Below are positions 37,322 to 46,025 of a stretch of 64,000 nucleotides of DNA, in pieces. Source of the DNA: an uncultured Candidatus Saccharibacteria bacterium. GTDB lineage: Bacteria > Patescibacteriota > Minisyncoccia > Phycocordibacterales > PALSA-1337. Numbering within the stretch: position 1 is the first letter of the stretch; every line of letters starts with the position of its first letter. Position numbers and translations under genes: made by a program. The notes under the pieces were generated by a model. The model made no database searches and was not told the origin of the DNA. It worked only from the letters and a program-made list of their open reading frames with translations. The DNA is taken from assembly GCA_964561875.1 (NCBI GenBank), contig CAZLQL010000002.1:23613-87612 (forward strand), given 5' to 3'.

Positions 37322-39259
37322 ATGAAAGAAACATCACATATAAAACCACCACAAAATAACAATAATAAAGGTAATAATAAAAAAGGTAAAACACCTAGAA
37401 GATTCGGAATATTAAACTCGTTAATGTTCGGTCTTATAATTTTGTTTTTATTGAGTGGATTGTATTCTGCAATAGTAGAGGGTGTATCTAGTACTCCAGT
37501 TATACCTATATCAGAATTGGTAAACAATATAGGTATGGGTAAGGTTAGTTCTATAACAGTAAGTGGTGATGATCTTACTGTTAACTATTCAGACAACACC
37601 ATAAAGAAATCAAAAAAAGAAACTGATTCTTCTATAACAGAAACACTTACTAGATATGGACTTACTCCAGAAAAATTGAATGCTGTAAAAATCACAGTAG
37701 AAGGACCAAGTGGATTTTGGTTTTGGGTAGGACAATTGGCACCATTTATTGGGCCAATATTCCTTCTATTGCTTATAGTTTGGTTTATGACCAGACAGGT
37801 AAAGGGTGCGGGATTACAAGCTTTTTCTTTCGGTCAATCAAAAGCACGTATTACTTTGCCAGATGATAAAAAACAAAAAGTTACTTTTAAAGACGTGGCG
37901 GGTGCAAAAGAGGCTAAACAAGAATTGTCAGAAATTGTAGATTTTTTGCGTAATCCAAAGAAGTTTCTAGAAATTGGTGCAGTAATTCCAAAAGGGATAT
38001 TGCTCATGGGAGCTCCCGGAACTGGAAAAACATTGCTTGCTCGTGCCGTAGCAGGGGAAGCTGGTGTAGCATTTTTCTCAATATCAGGTTCAGAATTTGT
38101 AGAGATGTTTGTGGGAGTAGGTGCTTCGAGAGTTAGGGATTTATTTAAAATGGCAAAAGAAGCTTCACCATCTATAATCTTTGTCGATGAAATAGATGCT
38201 GTGGGAAGAGTAAGAGGTACTGGTGTTGGAGGAGGAAATGATGAAAGAGAACAAACATTAAACCAAATCCTTGTTGAGATGGATGGTTTCGAACCAAATG
38301 AAAAGGTTATTGTTATGGCTGCCACAAATAGACCAGATGTTCTAGACCCCGCTCTACTTCGTCCAGGAAGATTTGACCGTAGAGTAACTATAGATCTACC
38401 AGATAGAAATGATAGAGAAGAAATATTGAAGATTCATTCCATAAAAAAGCCTTTGGCAGAAGATGTTGCACTGAGAGTTATTGCAGAGAGAACACCGGGT
38501 TTTTCTGGAGCTGATCTATACTCACTTATGAATGAAGGGGCAATACTTGCAGCTCGTGAAAATCGTACAAAAGTCTCACAGTATGATCTTATAAGAGCAA
38601 TAGAAAAAGTGATGCTCGGTCCTGAAAGAAAGAGTCACCTTCTTTCAAAAAAAGAAAAAGAAATAACTGCATACCATGAAGCTGGTCACGCATTAGTTGC
38701 TTCTGTTCTTCCATATGCAGATCCAGTACATAAAATATCTATAATCTCTCGTGGAAGAGCGGCTGGTTATACTCTCCATTTACCTATTGAAGATAGAAAG
38801 ATGCAATCAAAAAATGAGTTTTTAGATGATATCGCTGTTTCATTGGGTGGATATGCTGTAGAGAAAATGATGTTCGGTGATGTTACTACAGGTCCATCAA
38901 ATGATCTTCAAGTTTCAACTGCACTCGCACGAGACATGGTTACAAAATATGGTATGTCAGATAAAATAGGTGCTCTTGCTCTAGAAGGATCAGGCGGAAG
39001 GGCAATGTTTGGAAAGGGTATAGAAGATAAAGAATATTCAGAAAAAGTAAGTGCAGATATAGATGCTGAAGTATCAAAAATCATGTCAGAAGGTATGGCT
39101 AAAGCAAATGAGACTATAGTAAAATATAAAAATGCACTTGATGCTATAGCAAAAAGATTGATTGATGTGGAAACTATAGAAAGAGAGGAATATGAATCAA
39201 TAATTATTTCACATGGTATAACACCAAAACGAAAACTGGATATTGAACATCAATCATGA
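37322..39259 (+). CDS. ftsH: ATP-dependent zinc metalloprotease FtsH
   Basis: AAA Walker A GAPGTGKT and the HEAGH zinc motif. Confidence 0.95.
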   Translation: MKETSHIKPPQNNNNKGNNKKGKTPRRFGILNSLMFGLIILFLLSGLYSAIVEGVSSTPVIPISELVNNIGMGKVSSITVSGDDLTVNYSDNTIKKSKKETDSSITETLTRYGLTPEKLNAVKITVEGPSGFWFWVGQLAPFIGPIFLLLLIVWFMTRQVKGAGLQAFSFGQSKARITLPDDKKQKVTFKDVAGAKEAKQELSEIVDFLRNPKKFLEIGAVIPKGILLMGAPGTGKTLLARAVAGEAGVAFFSISGSEFVEMFVGVGASRVRDLFKMAKEASPSIIFVDEIDAVGRVRGTGVGGGNDEREQTLNQILVEMDGFEPNEKVIVMAATNRPDVLDPALLRPGRFDRRVTIDLPDRNDREEILKIHSIKKPLAEDVALRVIAERTPGFSGADLYSLMNEGAILAARENRTKVSQYDLIRAIEKVMLGPERKSHLLSKKEKEITAYHEAGHALVASVLPYADPVHKISIISRGRAAGYTLHLPIEDRKMQSKNEFLDDIAVSLGGYAVEKMMFGDVTTGPSNDLQVSTALARDMVTKYGMSDKIGALALEGSGGRAMFGKGIEDKEYSEKVSADIDAEVSKIMSEGMAKANETIVKYKNALDAIAKRLIDVETIEREEYESIIISHGITPKRKLDIEHQS

Positions 39260-39294
39260 TATAAAATAGGGGTATAAATAAAATATACCCATAT

Positions 39295-39368
39295 GCGCGT
39301 GTAGCTCAGTTGGTTAGAGCATCGAGCTTATACCTCGAGGGTCCCTGGTTCGAGTCCAGGCACGCGCA
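39295..39368 (+). tRNA. tRNA-Ile with anticodon UAU
   Basis: Cloverleaf with acceptor GCGCGTG/CACGCGC, anticodon stem TCGAG/CTCGA, loop CTTATAC and T-loop TTCGAGT. Confidence 0.85.
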
Positions 39369-39395
39369 CCGAGCGTAGTATATAAAAAAGAAAAA

Positions 39396-39421
39396 CCGCG
39401 TCCAAAAGGGCGTGGTTTTTT
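39396..39421. terminator. bidirectional terminator hairpin
   Basis: A5-ccgcgtcc-aaaa-gggcgtgg-T6. Confidence 0.65.
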
Positions 39422-39450
39422 CGAGGAAAATTCACAGAAAATTTACATCT

Positions 39451-40368
39451 TTACATCATCCAAGCAAATTTTGCGCTCAGTTTTTCGGAAAGCATTTTTA
39501 CGTATACTTCAGAAAAACAAGAACCAATGAAATTTGTCATTAGACCAATGGTCATACCTGACATCATACTAGCTACCACATACCCAGTTCTAATACCGAT
39601 AACTGTACCTACACTTGCACCAACAAGACTCGCTAATCTCCCGTTGTTGTGTGCAAGTAAACAGGTTTTTGCAATAACGAACCAGATGAGCTGAATGATG
39701 ATAGGGATTTGGTGTAATAGTTTCCAGGTGAACTTTGAAACAATAATTATAGCCATCACTACTTTCCATATAGCCGTGAAGGGTAGTGATATGGGATTTG
39801 TAATGAGTAGTATTCTAATTTGATTCTTGAAATCAAAAGGTCCCCAACCATTTACTATTCTATAGTTTAGGGCAAGTGCGCGCCTGTTTTCTTTGCATTT
39901 GATTACTGAATATAAATCATTAAAAGAAAATAAGATTCCAATTGCTATAACTGCCAAATAAAGAAGCAAGCTATACATTAAGAAAGCACCTCCGACTATA
40001 TTTACACGACTTTCCGGTAATTTACTACGTGTAAACATTATAATTATTAAGCAGTGCAAAGCTATTGAACCAATAGCTTGGCAACATATAAATGGTGCTA
40101 GCGAACGTTTTAGGGCTCTCGGTAAGATATCTTTCCAAGGTTCTTCCCAAAGCTCTCGAATATGAGAATGTGTGTTATTAAAGGTCTCTTTGAGTACACT
40201 GAAAAATGTACTAATGAGAGTTATGGGACTGAATACAATCCAGCCACAGGCCCCACCGATAAGGGTTGCGAGAATAAGCCACACTCCCGACATGAATGTC
40301 GTACCCAGACCATATCCAATAGTCGCGCCACAAGCGCTTGCGATCGCTATCCTTTGATTTGTTTTCAT
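39451..40368 (-). CDS. polytopic membrane protein (hypothetical)
   Basis: 305 aa with multiple TM helices. Confidence 0.5.
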   Translation of the reverse strand: MKTNQRIAIASACGATIGYGLGTTFMSGVWLILATLIGGACGWIVFSPITLISTFFSVLKETFNNTHSHIRELWEEPWKDILPRALKRSLAPFICCQAIGSIALHCLIIIMFTRSKLPESRVNIVGGAFLMYSLLLYLAVIAIGILFSFNDLYSVIKCKENRRALALNYRIVNGWGPFDFKNQIRILLITNPISLPFTAIWKVVMAIIIVSKFTWKLLHQIPIIIQLIWFVIAKTCLLAHNNGRLASLVGASVGTVIGIRTGYVVASMMSGMTIGLMTNFIGSCFSEVYVKMLSEKLSAKFAWMM

Positions 40369-40453
40369 GTGACATCCTTACTGTTTTTATTATAAACTCA
40401 AAAAACTTCCTAAGTATTTATATAACTAATAAGTAGGTTTGTCAAACTAGATT

Positions 40454-41284
40454 TTACTTAACAATTATTATTGCTATTATTCCAAGGATTATAAATGATA
40501 ATAGTGCACTATATTTTCCTATATTTTGTTTTATATTTGTCTTTATATAACCAAACTTTCCTTGCTCTGTACTATTGTTTTTATCTGAAATGATATTTGA
40601 CCCTCCACTAGTGTTGTCTGATTTATTATCTATTTTATTTCCATCATTTAAATTTTTGTCTGTAACACTGTTTTTTGTATAGAAGTTTTTATTCTGTATA
40701 GACTCATCAACCTGAGCTTTATTGTCTGTGTTTTTGAAATAATTAACTATTCCATTTGTATAGTCACTTATAAAACCACTTCCACCACTAGTATTGCTTC
40801 CACCAGAGGAACTTCCTGATGAGCCTGATCCAGATGAGCTTGGTCTCCATGTAGTATTTACATTACAGTTTGTACAATCAAAACTAATTCTTCCTCCTGT
40901 AGTATCGACTGTACCAGCTGTTCCAGTAAAAGTACCAGATGAGTTTATACTAGCTCCCGTCATATCTATCCATCCTGTTTGTTCTGACCATGCACTTCCA
41001 CCTAGTGTTCCTGAAGTTGTATTTGTTACACCTTGACCAGAGTTTGTGGGGCTAAAGTTTATCCAGCCATAAAGTGAGCTCCATGCATAACCAGTAATTG
41101 CTGAGTCAGTAATAGTCAATCCAATATAGTTATTTGAACTATCTCTAGGTGCAAAATTTATCCAACCTAGATTTTCTCCCCAAGCGTATTTGTTTGTAGA
41201 ATCTATAGTGCCAGTAGATGCAAGGGCAGTGTTAAAAAAAGATATGGTTAAAATTATAAATAGTATTTTAAAGATTTTATTCAT
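40454..41284 (-). CDS. cell-surface protein with three Trp-rich repeats and a C-terminal membrane anchor
   Basis: Signal peptide; repeats YAWGENLGWINF, YAWSSLYGWINF and SAWSEQTGWIDM; Ser/Gly-rich linker; C-terminal hydrophobic tail. Confidence 0.55.
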   Translation of the reverse strand: MNKIFKILFIILTISFFNTALASTGTIDSTNKYAWGENLGWINFAPRDSSNNYIGLTITDSAITGYAWSSLYGWINFSPTNSGQGVTNTTSGTLGGSAWSEQTGWIDMTGASINSSGTFTGTAGTVDTTGGRISFDCTNCNVNTTWRPSSSGSGSSGSSSGGSNTSGGSGFISDYTNGIVNYFKNTDNKAQVDESIQNKNFYTKNSVTDKNLNDGNKIDNKSDNTSGGSNIISDKNNSTEQGKFGYIKTNIKQNIGKYSALLSFIILGIIAIIIVK

Positions 41285-41356
41285 AGAATAATTTTATCAT
41301 TATATTTTGTATGACGATAGTGTATTGATTGTGTGGATAGTATAGACACAGTTCTT

Positions 41357-43579
41357 CTATTCTAAATGAGTTTCTCTATGTGATTTTTCTACCAATTCCT
41401 TTAATTTAGGATATTTTTTGAATATATTTTCATCTTCAAATAGTTTTTTTGCTTCCTCTTTTGCTAGTTCAACCATCTTTATATTTTTTAGTGATTCCAT
41501 AGCTATATCTGAAACACCCCATTGTTTATTACCTGATAGCTCACCGGCACCACGAAATTTGAGATCGTATTCTGCAAGTTCAAAGCCATTTTTTGCATTT
41601 TTTAAAGCACTTAATCTTTCAAATGTCTTCTCACTTTCTTTTTCTGTAAAAATAAAACAGTATGGTTTGTGGGTTGAACGCATAACTCTACCTCTAAGCT
41701 GATGTAATTGTGCTAGACCAAATCTCTCTGCTCCCTCGATTATTATCATTGTGGCATTTGGTACATTTACACCAACTTCCACAACAGATGTAGAACATAG
41801 TATATCTATCTTTCCATCTTTAAAATCTTTCATAACTTTATCCTTTTCCTCAGTTTTCATTTTACTATGCATAATTCCTATACTAAATTCTGGAAATATA
41901 TCTTTTTTCAATCTCTTTGCTTCTTCTTTTACAGATTTTAATTGAAGAACTTTTTCTTTATCTGGGTCAGGTTCATCTATTCTAGGGCATATTACATATG
42001 CCTGTCTTCCGTTCTTTATTTCCTCACGAATCTTTTCGTACACATCTTTTCTATCATTTGTTTTTACTATTTCTGTAGTTATTGCTTGGCGACCCTTTGG
42101 AACTTCATCAAGAAGTGTAAGATCCAAATCTCCGTATATAGTAAGGGCAAGAGTTCGGGGAATAGGTGTTGCTGTCATTGATAATAAATGTGGTGCACGA
42201 GTTATACCTGCTTCATCTCTTTTTATGAGTGCTCTTCTTGTATTTATGCCGAAACGATGTTGTTCATCTATTATTGCATATGCGAGATTTTTAAATTTTA
42301 CTGTCTTTTGGATAAGTGCATGAGTTCCTATTACTACGGATATTTCACCCTCTTTTATCCACTTTAACAGTTGTGACCTAGATATATCAGTCCAACCTTT
42401 TGGGTTTACTTTTGAAGGGAATTTTCTACAACCACTTCCAGTTATGAGGGCAATTTGAATTCCTAAATATGAGAAATATTGAATAAATGATTCGAAATGC
42501 TGAGTTGCAAGTATTTCTGTAGGACACATATATGCTACCTGAAGACGTCCTGGCCCAAGAAGACTCATCTTACTTTTTACATCAGGTTTTCCTAGATCAT
42601 CTTTTTCCAAACTTGCCTTTGTTGTAACTACGGCATATGTAGTAGTTGCAGCTACCGCAGTCTTTCCTGAACCTACATCACCTTCGAGTAAACGAGACAT
42701 TGCATATCCTTTTCCAAAATCATTTATTATGGCATTTGTGGCTTTTGTTTGTGCGTCAGTTGGTTTAAATGGAAATCTTTTTATGAATTGATCTATGTGG
42801 TCATAACCTGGCTTTATGATAAAGGTTGGATTTTTCCTGTACTCTTTTCTAGAGTATTCATTTTGAAGTTGTATAAAAAATATTTCTTCGAAAGCAAATC
42901 TTTTTCTTGCTGATTCTGCATCAGCTTTTTTCATAGGAGTATGAATCCAGATAAGAGCAGTTTTTATACTTGGTAAATTATATTTTTTTAATATATCTTC
43001 TGGAATAGGGTCTTCGATATTTGAAAGTAAGTCACTTTTAAATATTTCATTTATCTTATGATAAATCCAGTTTGAGGTTATACCATTTGATTCTTTATAA
43101 ATAGGGTATAGGGTATGTGCTTCACCATCTTTACCAAATAGAGAATCACCAACAGCAATAGGTAGTTTGTTCATAACCTCAATTTTCGGATTTGAAAAAT
43201 ATATCTCATTATCCTTTTTTCTTTTTGAAACTTTACCTTGTATTCTAACCATACTTCCATCATTTACCATTTTTGCCATATATGGTTGATTGAACCACAC
43301 ACACTTTATACCCCCAGTTTCATCTTCGACATAACCATTTGCCATGGCTATCTTTGTTTTAAATCCTTTACCAGTTTTTAGACCAGATATTTTTCCAAAT
43401 ATAACAGCATCTTCACCAGCAATTAGATTACCAATACTTTTTGTTTCTGAAGTATCACCATATCTAGTAGGGAAATGATAAAGTAGATCAAGTACAGTAT
43501 TTATACCAAGTTTCGATAGAGCCTTCTTTTGAAAAGGGTTTAGTCTAGATATTTCTGATATTTTTGTAGATATAGTCAT
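41357..43579 (-). CDS. recG: ATP-dependent DNA helicase RecG
   Basis: Wedge domain plus helicase motifs GDVGSGKT and DEQHRFG. Confidence 0.9.
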   Translation of the reverse strand: MTISTKISEISRLNPFQKKALSKLGINTVLDLLYHFPTRYGDTSETKSIGNLIAGEDAVIFGKISGLKTGKGFKTKIAMANGYVEDETGGIKCVWFNQPYMAKMVNDGSMVRIQGKVSKRKKDNEIYFSNPKIEVMNKLPIAVGDSLFGKDGEAHTLYPIYKESNGITSNWIYHKINEIFKSDLLSNIEDPIPEDILKKYNLPSIKTALIWIHTPMKKADAESARKRFAFEEIFFIQLQNEYSRKEYRKNPTFIIKPGYDHIDQFIKRFPFKPTDAQTKATNAIINDFGKGYAMSRLLEGDVGSGKTAVAATTTYAVVTTKASLEKDDLGKPDVKSKMSLLGPGRLQVAYMCPTEILATQHFESFIQYFSYLGIQIALITGSGCRKFPSKVNPKGWTDISRSQLLKWIKEGEISVVIGTHALIQKTVKFKNLAYAIIDEQHRFGINTRRALIKRDEAGITRAPHLLSMTATPIPRTLALTIYGDLDLTLLDEVPKGRQAITTEIVKTNDRKDVYEKIREEIKNGRQAYVICPRIDEPDPDKEKVLQLKSVKEEAKRLKKDIFPEFSIGIMHSKMKTEEKDKVMKDFKDGKIDILCSTSVVEVGVNVPNATMIIIEGAERFGLAQLHQLRGRVMRSTHKPYCFIFTEKESEKTFERLSALKNAKNGFELAEYDLKFRGAGELSGNKQWGVSDIAMESLKNIKMVELAKEEAKKLFEDENIFKKYPKLKELVEKSHRETHLE

Positions 43580-43641
43580 TTATGACAATATATCAGAGTC
43601 ATATAGAAAAATGAATGAGGGTGTGGTAATGTTTATGTGTT

Positions 43642-43731
43642 GGAACCGTGGTGGAGTGGTTTAACATACCTCTTTGCTAAAGAGGCGAGCCCTTTAAAGG
43701 CTCCGAGGGTTCGAATCCCTCCGGTTCCGCA
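43642..43731 (+). tRNA. tRNA-Ser (anticodon GCU), class II with a long variable arm
   Basis: Acceptor GGAACCG/CGGTTCC, anticodon loop TTGCTAA, variable arm GAGCC-TTTAAA-GGCTC and T-arm GAGGG-TTCGAAT-CCCTC. Confidence 0.85.
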
Positions 43732-43962
43732 ATGATCCACAAGGAAGCCTAAATGGCTTCCGAGTGGATTATCATTTCGTAAATCGAAGTGATGAGAAAG
43801 CCGGACTGAGCGAAGGCGAAGGAGGCGGGTGAGCTTGGGTGAGGGACCCAAGCGCAAGACCTTTTGAGATTGTAATCAATCCAAAAGGTATACTGGCCCT
43901 GTAAGGGTCGCGGGCGAGGCTAGCAAGCCGAGACCTGTGACCGAATCCCTCCGGTTCCGCCA
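43732..43962 (+). repeat. structured GC-rich repeat element, copy A (231 nt), starting immediately at the tRNA-Ser 3' end and ending with a 24-nt tRNA-Ser-3'-end-like sequence
   Basis: The first ~80 nt match 45790-45870 at 79 of 81 positions. It shares the 3' block gtcgcgggcgaggctagcaagccgagacctgtgaccgaatccct. It has a ~75-nt extra segment with a perfect hairpin (cttgggt-gagg-gacccaag). It ends in gaccgaatccctccggttccgcca. Confidence 0.7.
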
Positions 43963-44001
43963 TTAGCAGGTAGCACGACATGCTATCTGAAATAGGTAAA
44001 C

Positions 44002-44026
44002 AAAAAGCACCGATCGGTGCTTTTTG
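44002..44026. terminator. bidirectional terminator hairpin (aaaaagcaccgatcggtgcttttt)
   Basis: Perfect palindrome GCACCGATCGGTGC flanked by A5 and T5. Confidence 0.7.
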
Positions 44027-44035
44027 TTTAGTTAA

Positions 44036-44641
44036 TTAAGATATGTCAATACCGATACTTTTAATATATTTAACAAAAGAATCACTATTAGTGTAGATAA
44101 AACCCTGCATACCAAGAGCAATAGCGCTATCCACATTCACTTTACTATCATCAATAAAAAGAGATTCTCCTGGCTGCGAATTTATTTTTTTGAGTGTATG
44201 TTCGTAGATATCTTTGTAAGGTTTTACCATACCCACCTCTGATGAGATAACTATTTCATCAAACAAGTCTTTAAACTCAGGATAAGTTGGGTATATTTTT
44301 CTCTCAAAAAATGAAGCGTTAGCATTGGAAAGGAGGACTGTTTTAAATCCTTTATTTTTTAGTGATTGAATTATTTTTACTAATCCGTTATCAATACCCA
44401 AATAGGAATCAATCTGTTCCCTCATTTCTTCCTTGGTCAAATTAACTCCCTCATACTTCAAGAAATAATCTACAATATCATTCTCTGACAATTTACCTAG
44501 ATCAAACTTTTCAAAAACATTTTTTAAATTTTCATCAACCAATCCTTTTTTGAGTCGATTATCTCTGTACCACCCATTTAAAACAGGGTCACAAATAACC
44601 CCAAAGCAGTCAAATATAATAGTGTTTATTTGAGACTCCAT
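44036..44641 (-). CDS. HAD-superfamily hydrolase
   Basis: IIFDCFGVI motif I-like, LLSNANASF and FIDDSKVNVDSA motifs. Confidence 0.7.
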   Translation of the reverse strand: MESQINTIIFDCFGVICDPVLNGWYRDNRLKKGLVDENLKNVFEKFDLGKLSENDIVDYFLKYEGVNLTKEEMREQIDSYLGIDNGLVKIIQSLKNKGFKTVLLSNANASFFERKIYPTYPEFKDLFDEIVISSEVGMVKPYKDIYEHTLKKINSQPGESLFIDDSKVNVDSAIALGMQGFIYTNSDSFVKYIKSIGIDIS

Positions 44642-44644
44642 AAA

Positions 44645-45343
44645 CTATTTACTTGGTCGCTTAATTATCAAATCAACTTCGGGACTTTCTGATTTTAGAT
44701 TCGTAATTACTTTTTCTACAACAGTTTCAACTTCCATGTAATCCTTGAGATCATCAGGATATTTTTCCTTATAAATATCTGTTTGCATACCACCAGGGAA
44801 TACTCCGTAAACTTTGATATCCGTATCTTGAATTTCCTTGCGGATAGATTCAGTCAAACCTTTGATCGCAAATTTAGACGAAGCATAAGCAGATATGCCC
44901 GGCTTACCATCAAGTCCAGCTGTTGAGTTTATATTTATAATTACACCATTTCCTTGGGTTTTCATTTGAGCCAAAGCCACCTGACAACCGTAGAAATAAC
45001 CGAAGAAGTTTATATCAAATAAATTATGTAGTTTCTTAATATCTACTTCTTCAACTAAACTTGGAGCAATTTGGATCCCAGCATTATTTATCCAACAATC
45101 TAATTTGTCGTATTTCTTAATGACATAATCTGCCAGCTTTTTAATATCTTCAGGTGAAGTTACGTCAGCGAGAAAATGATCTACAGAGAGTTCTTTTGCT
45201 GTAGATTCTAAGTGTTCAATTTCATGACTAGAAATGACAACTTGTGCGTTTTCAGCTTTAAATGCCTTAGCGAGAGATTTACCAAATCCCTGACTTCCAC
45301 CTGTTATTACGATAACTTTGTCTTGGATCTTCATAAAACCCAT
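44645..45343 (-). CDS. short-chain dehydrogenase/reductase (SDR) family oxidoreductase
   Basis: VITGGSQGFGKS, NNAG, YASSKFAIKG. Confidence 0.85.
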   Translation of the reverse strand: MGFMKIQDKVIVITGGSQGFGKSLAKAFKAENAQVVISSHEIEHLESTAKELSVDHFLADVTSPEDIKKLADYVIKKYDKLDCWINNAGIQIAPSLVEEVDIKKLHNLFDINFFGYFYGCQVALAQMKTQGNGVIININSTAGLDGKPGISAYASSKFAIKGLTESIRKEIQDTDIKVYGVFPGGMQTDIYKEKYPDDLKDYMEVETVVEKVITNLKSESPEVDLIIKRPSK

Positions 45344-45359
45344 TTTATCATTTTTGACC

Positions 45360-45701
45360 CTATTTCTCCAGAGTAATCTTCTTCTGCGCCAGAAAGATTC
45401 TACTCTTCAAACACCCAAGCAATTCTCGTTTCTTTTCGTTTGAACCCTCTTTCAGTACATACTTTGCATATCCTCGAATATCTACACTCGGTACGGCAAC
45501 TTTTTCCTTGGTTCCCAGAAAGAATTTCTGCATCTTTGAAAACTGCTCAAGATCAGCTTTGATCTTTTCCTTAACCTCGATTTCATTAAGGGTGATGTTT
45601 TCAACTAACTCCTCAAACTGTTTCAATATATCTTTCTCTTCCGTATATAAAGACTTTAATGACTGGACGATTACACAAATAATGCAGTAATTGGAGCGCA
45701 C
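45360..45701 (-). CDS. hypothetical protein, possibly a truncated gene remnant
   Basis: Lys/Glu-rich 113-aa ORF with an unclear start, next to repeat element copy B. Confidence 0.3.
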   Translation of the reverse strand: MRSNYCIICVIVQSLKSLYTEEKDILKQFEELVENITLNEIEVKEKIKADLEQFSKMQKFFLGTKEKVAVPSVDIRGYAKYVLKEGSNEKKRELLGCLKSRIFLAQKKITLEK

Positions 45702-45789
45702 GAGATGCGTCGATTAAGATTCTGAAAAAGTGCTAAAATGACCTTACAGGGCTTGTCGGCATTTAGTTCTAACACGACGCTCTCCGCAA

Positions 45790-45942
45790 TGATCCACAAG
45801 GAAGCCTAAATGGCTTCCGAGTGGATTATCATTTCGTAAATCGAAGTGATGAGAAAGTCGGAGCGAGCGAAGGCGAGCGAGACGGGGTCGCGGGCGAGGC
45901 TAGCAAGCCGAGACCTGTGACCGAATCCCTAAGGTCTCCGCA
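45790..45942 (+). repeat. structured GC-rich repeat element, copy B (153 nt)
   Basis: Same 5' nested-hairpin block atgatccacaaggaagcctaaatggcttccgagtggattatcat and the same 3' block. Ends gaccgaatccctaaggtctccgca. Also preceded by tccgca. Confidence 0.7.
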
Positions 45943-46025
45943 ACAACAATCCTAACCGAGCATTGCTTAGCAATCACTAGTATCGAGGATAAAGATCTGA
46001 TAATAAACGAGTGTTAAATTTGTAA

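Noticed and set aside
37315-37527. 70-aa minus-strand ORF at the ftsH start
   Set aside because: It overlaps the ftsH N-terminus and is a shadow ORF.
43780-43800. GUGAUGAG box inside the repeat element, resembling a hammerhead ribozyme CUGAUGA core
   Set aside because: No properly placed stem II / GAAA / stem III arrangement or cleavage-site triplet could be assembled. I treat it as part of an unclassified structured element only.
43633-43981. Two minus-strand ORFs (74 and 69 aa) in a GC-rich stretch
   Set aside because: They overlap tRNA-Ser and the structured repeat element. The amino-acid composition is Arg/Leu/Gly-rich, typical of antisense reading through GC-rich RNA. They are judged spurious.
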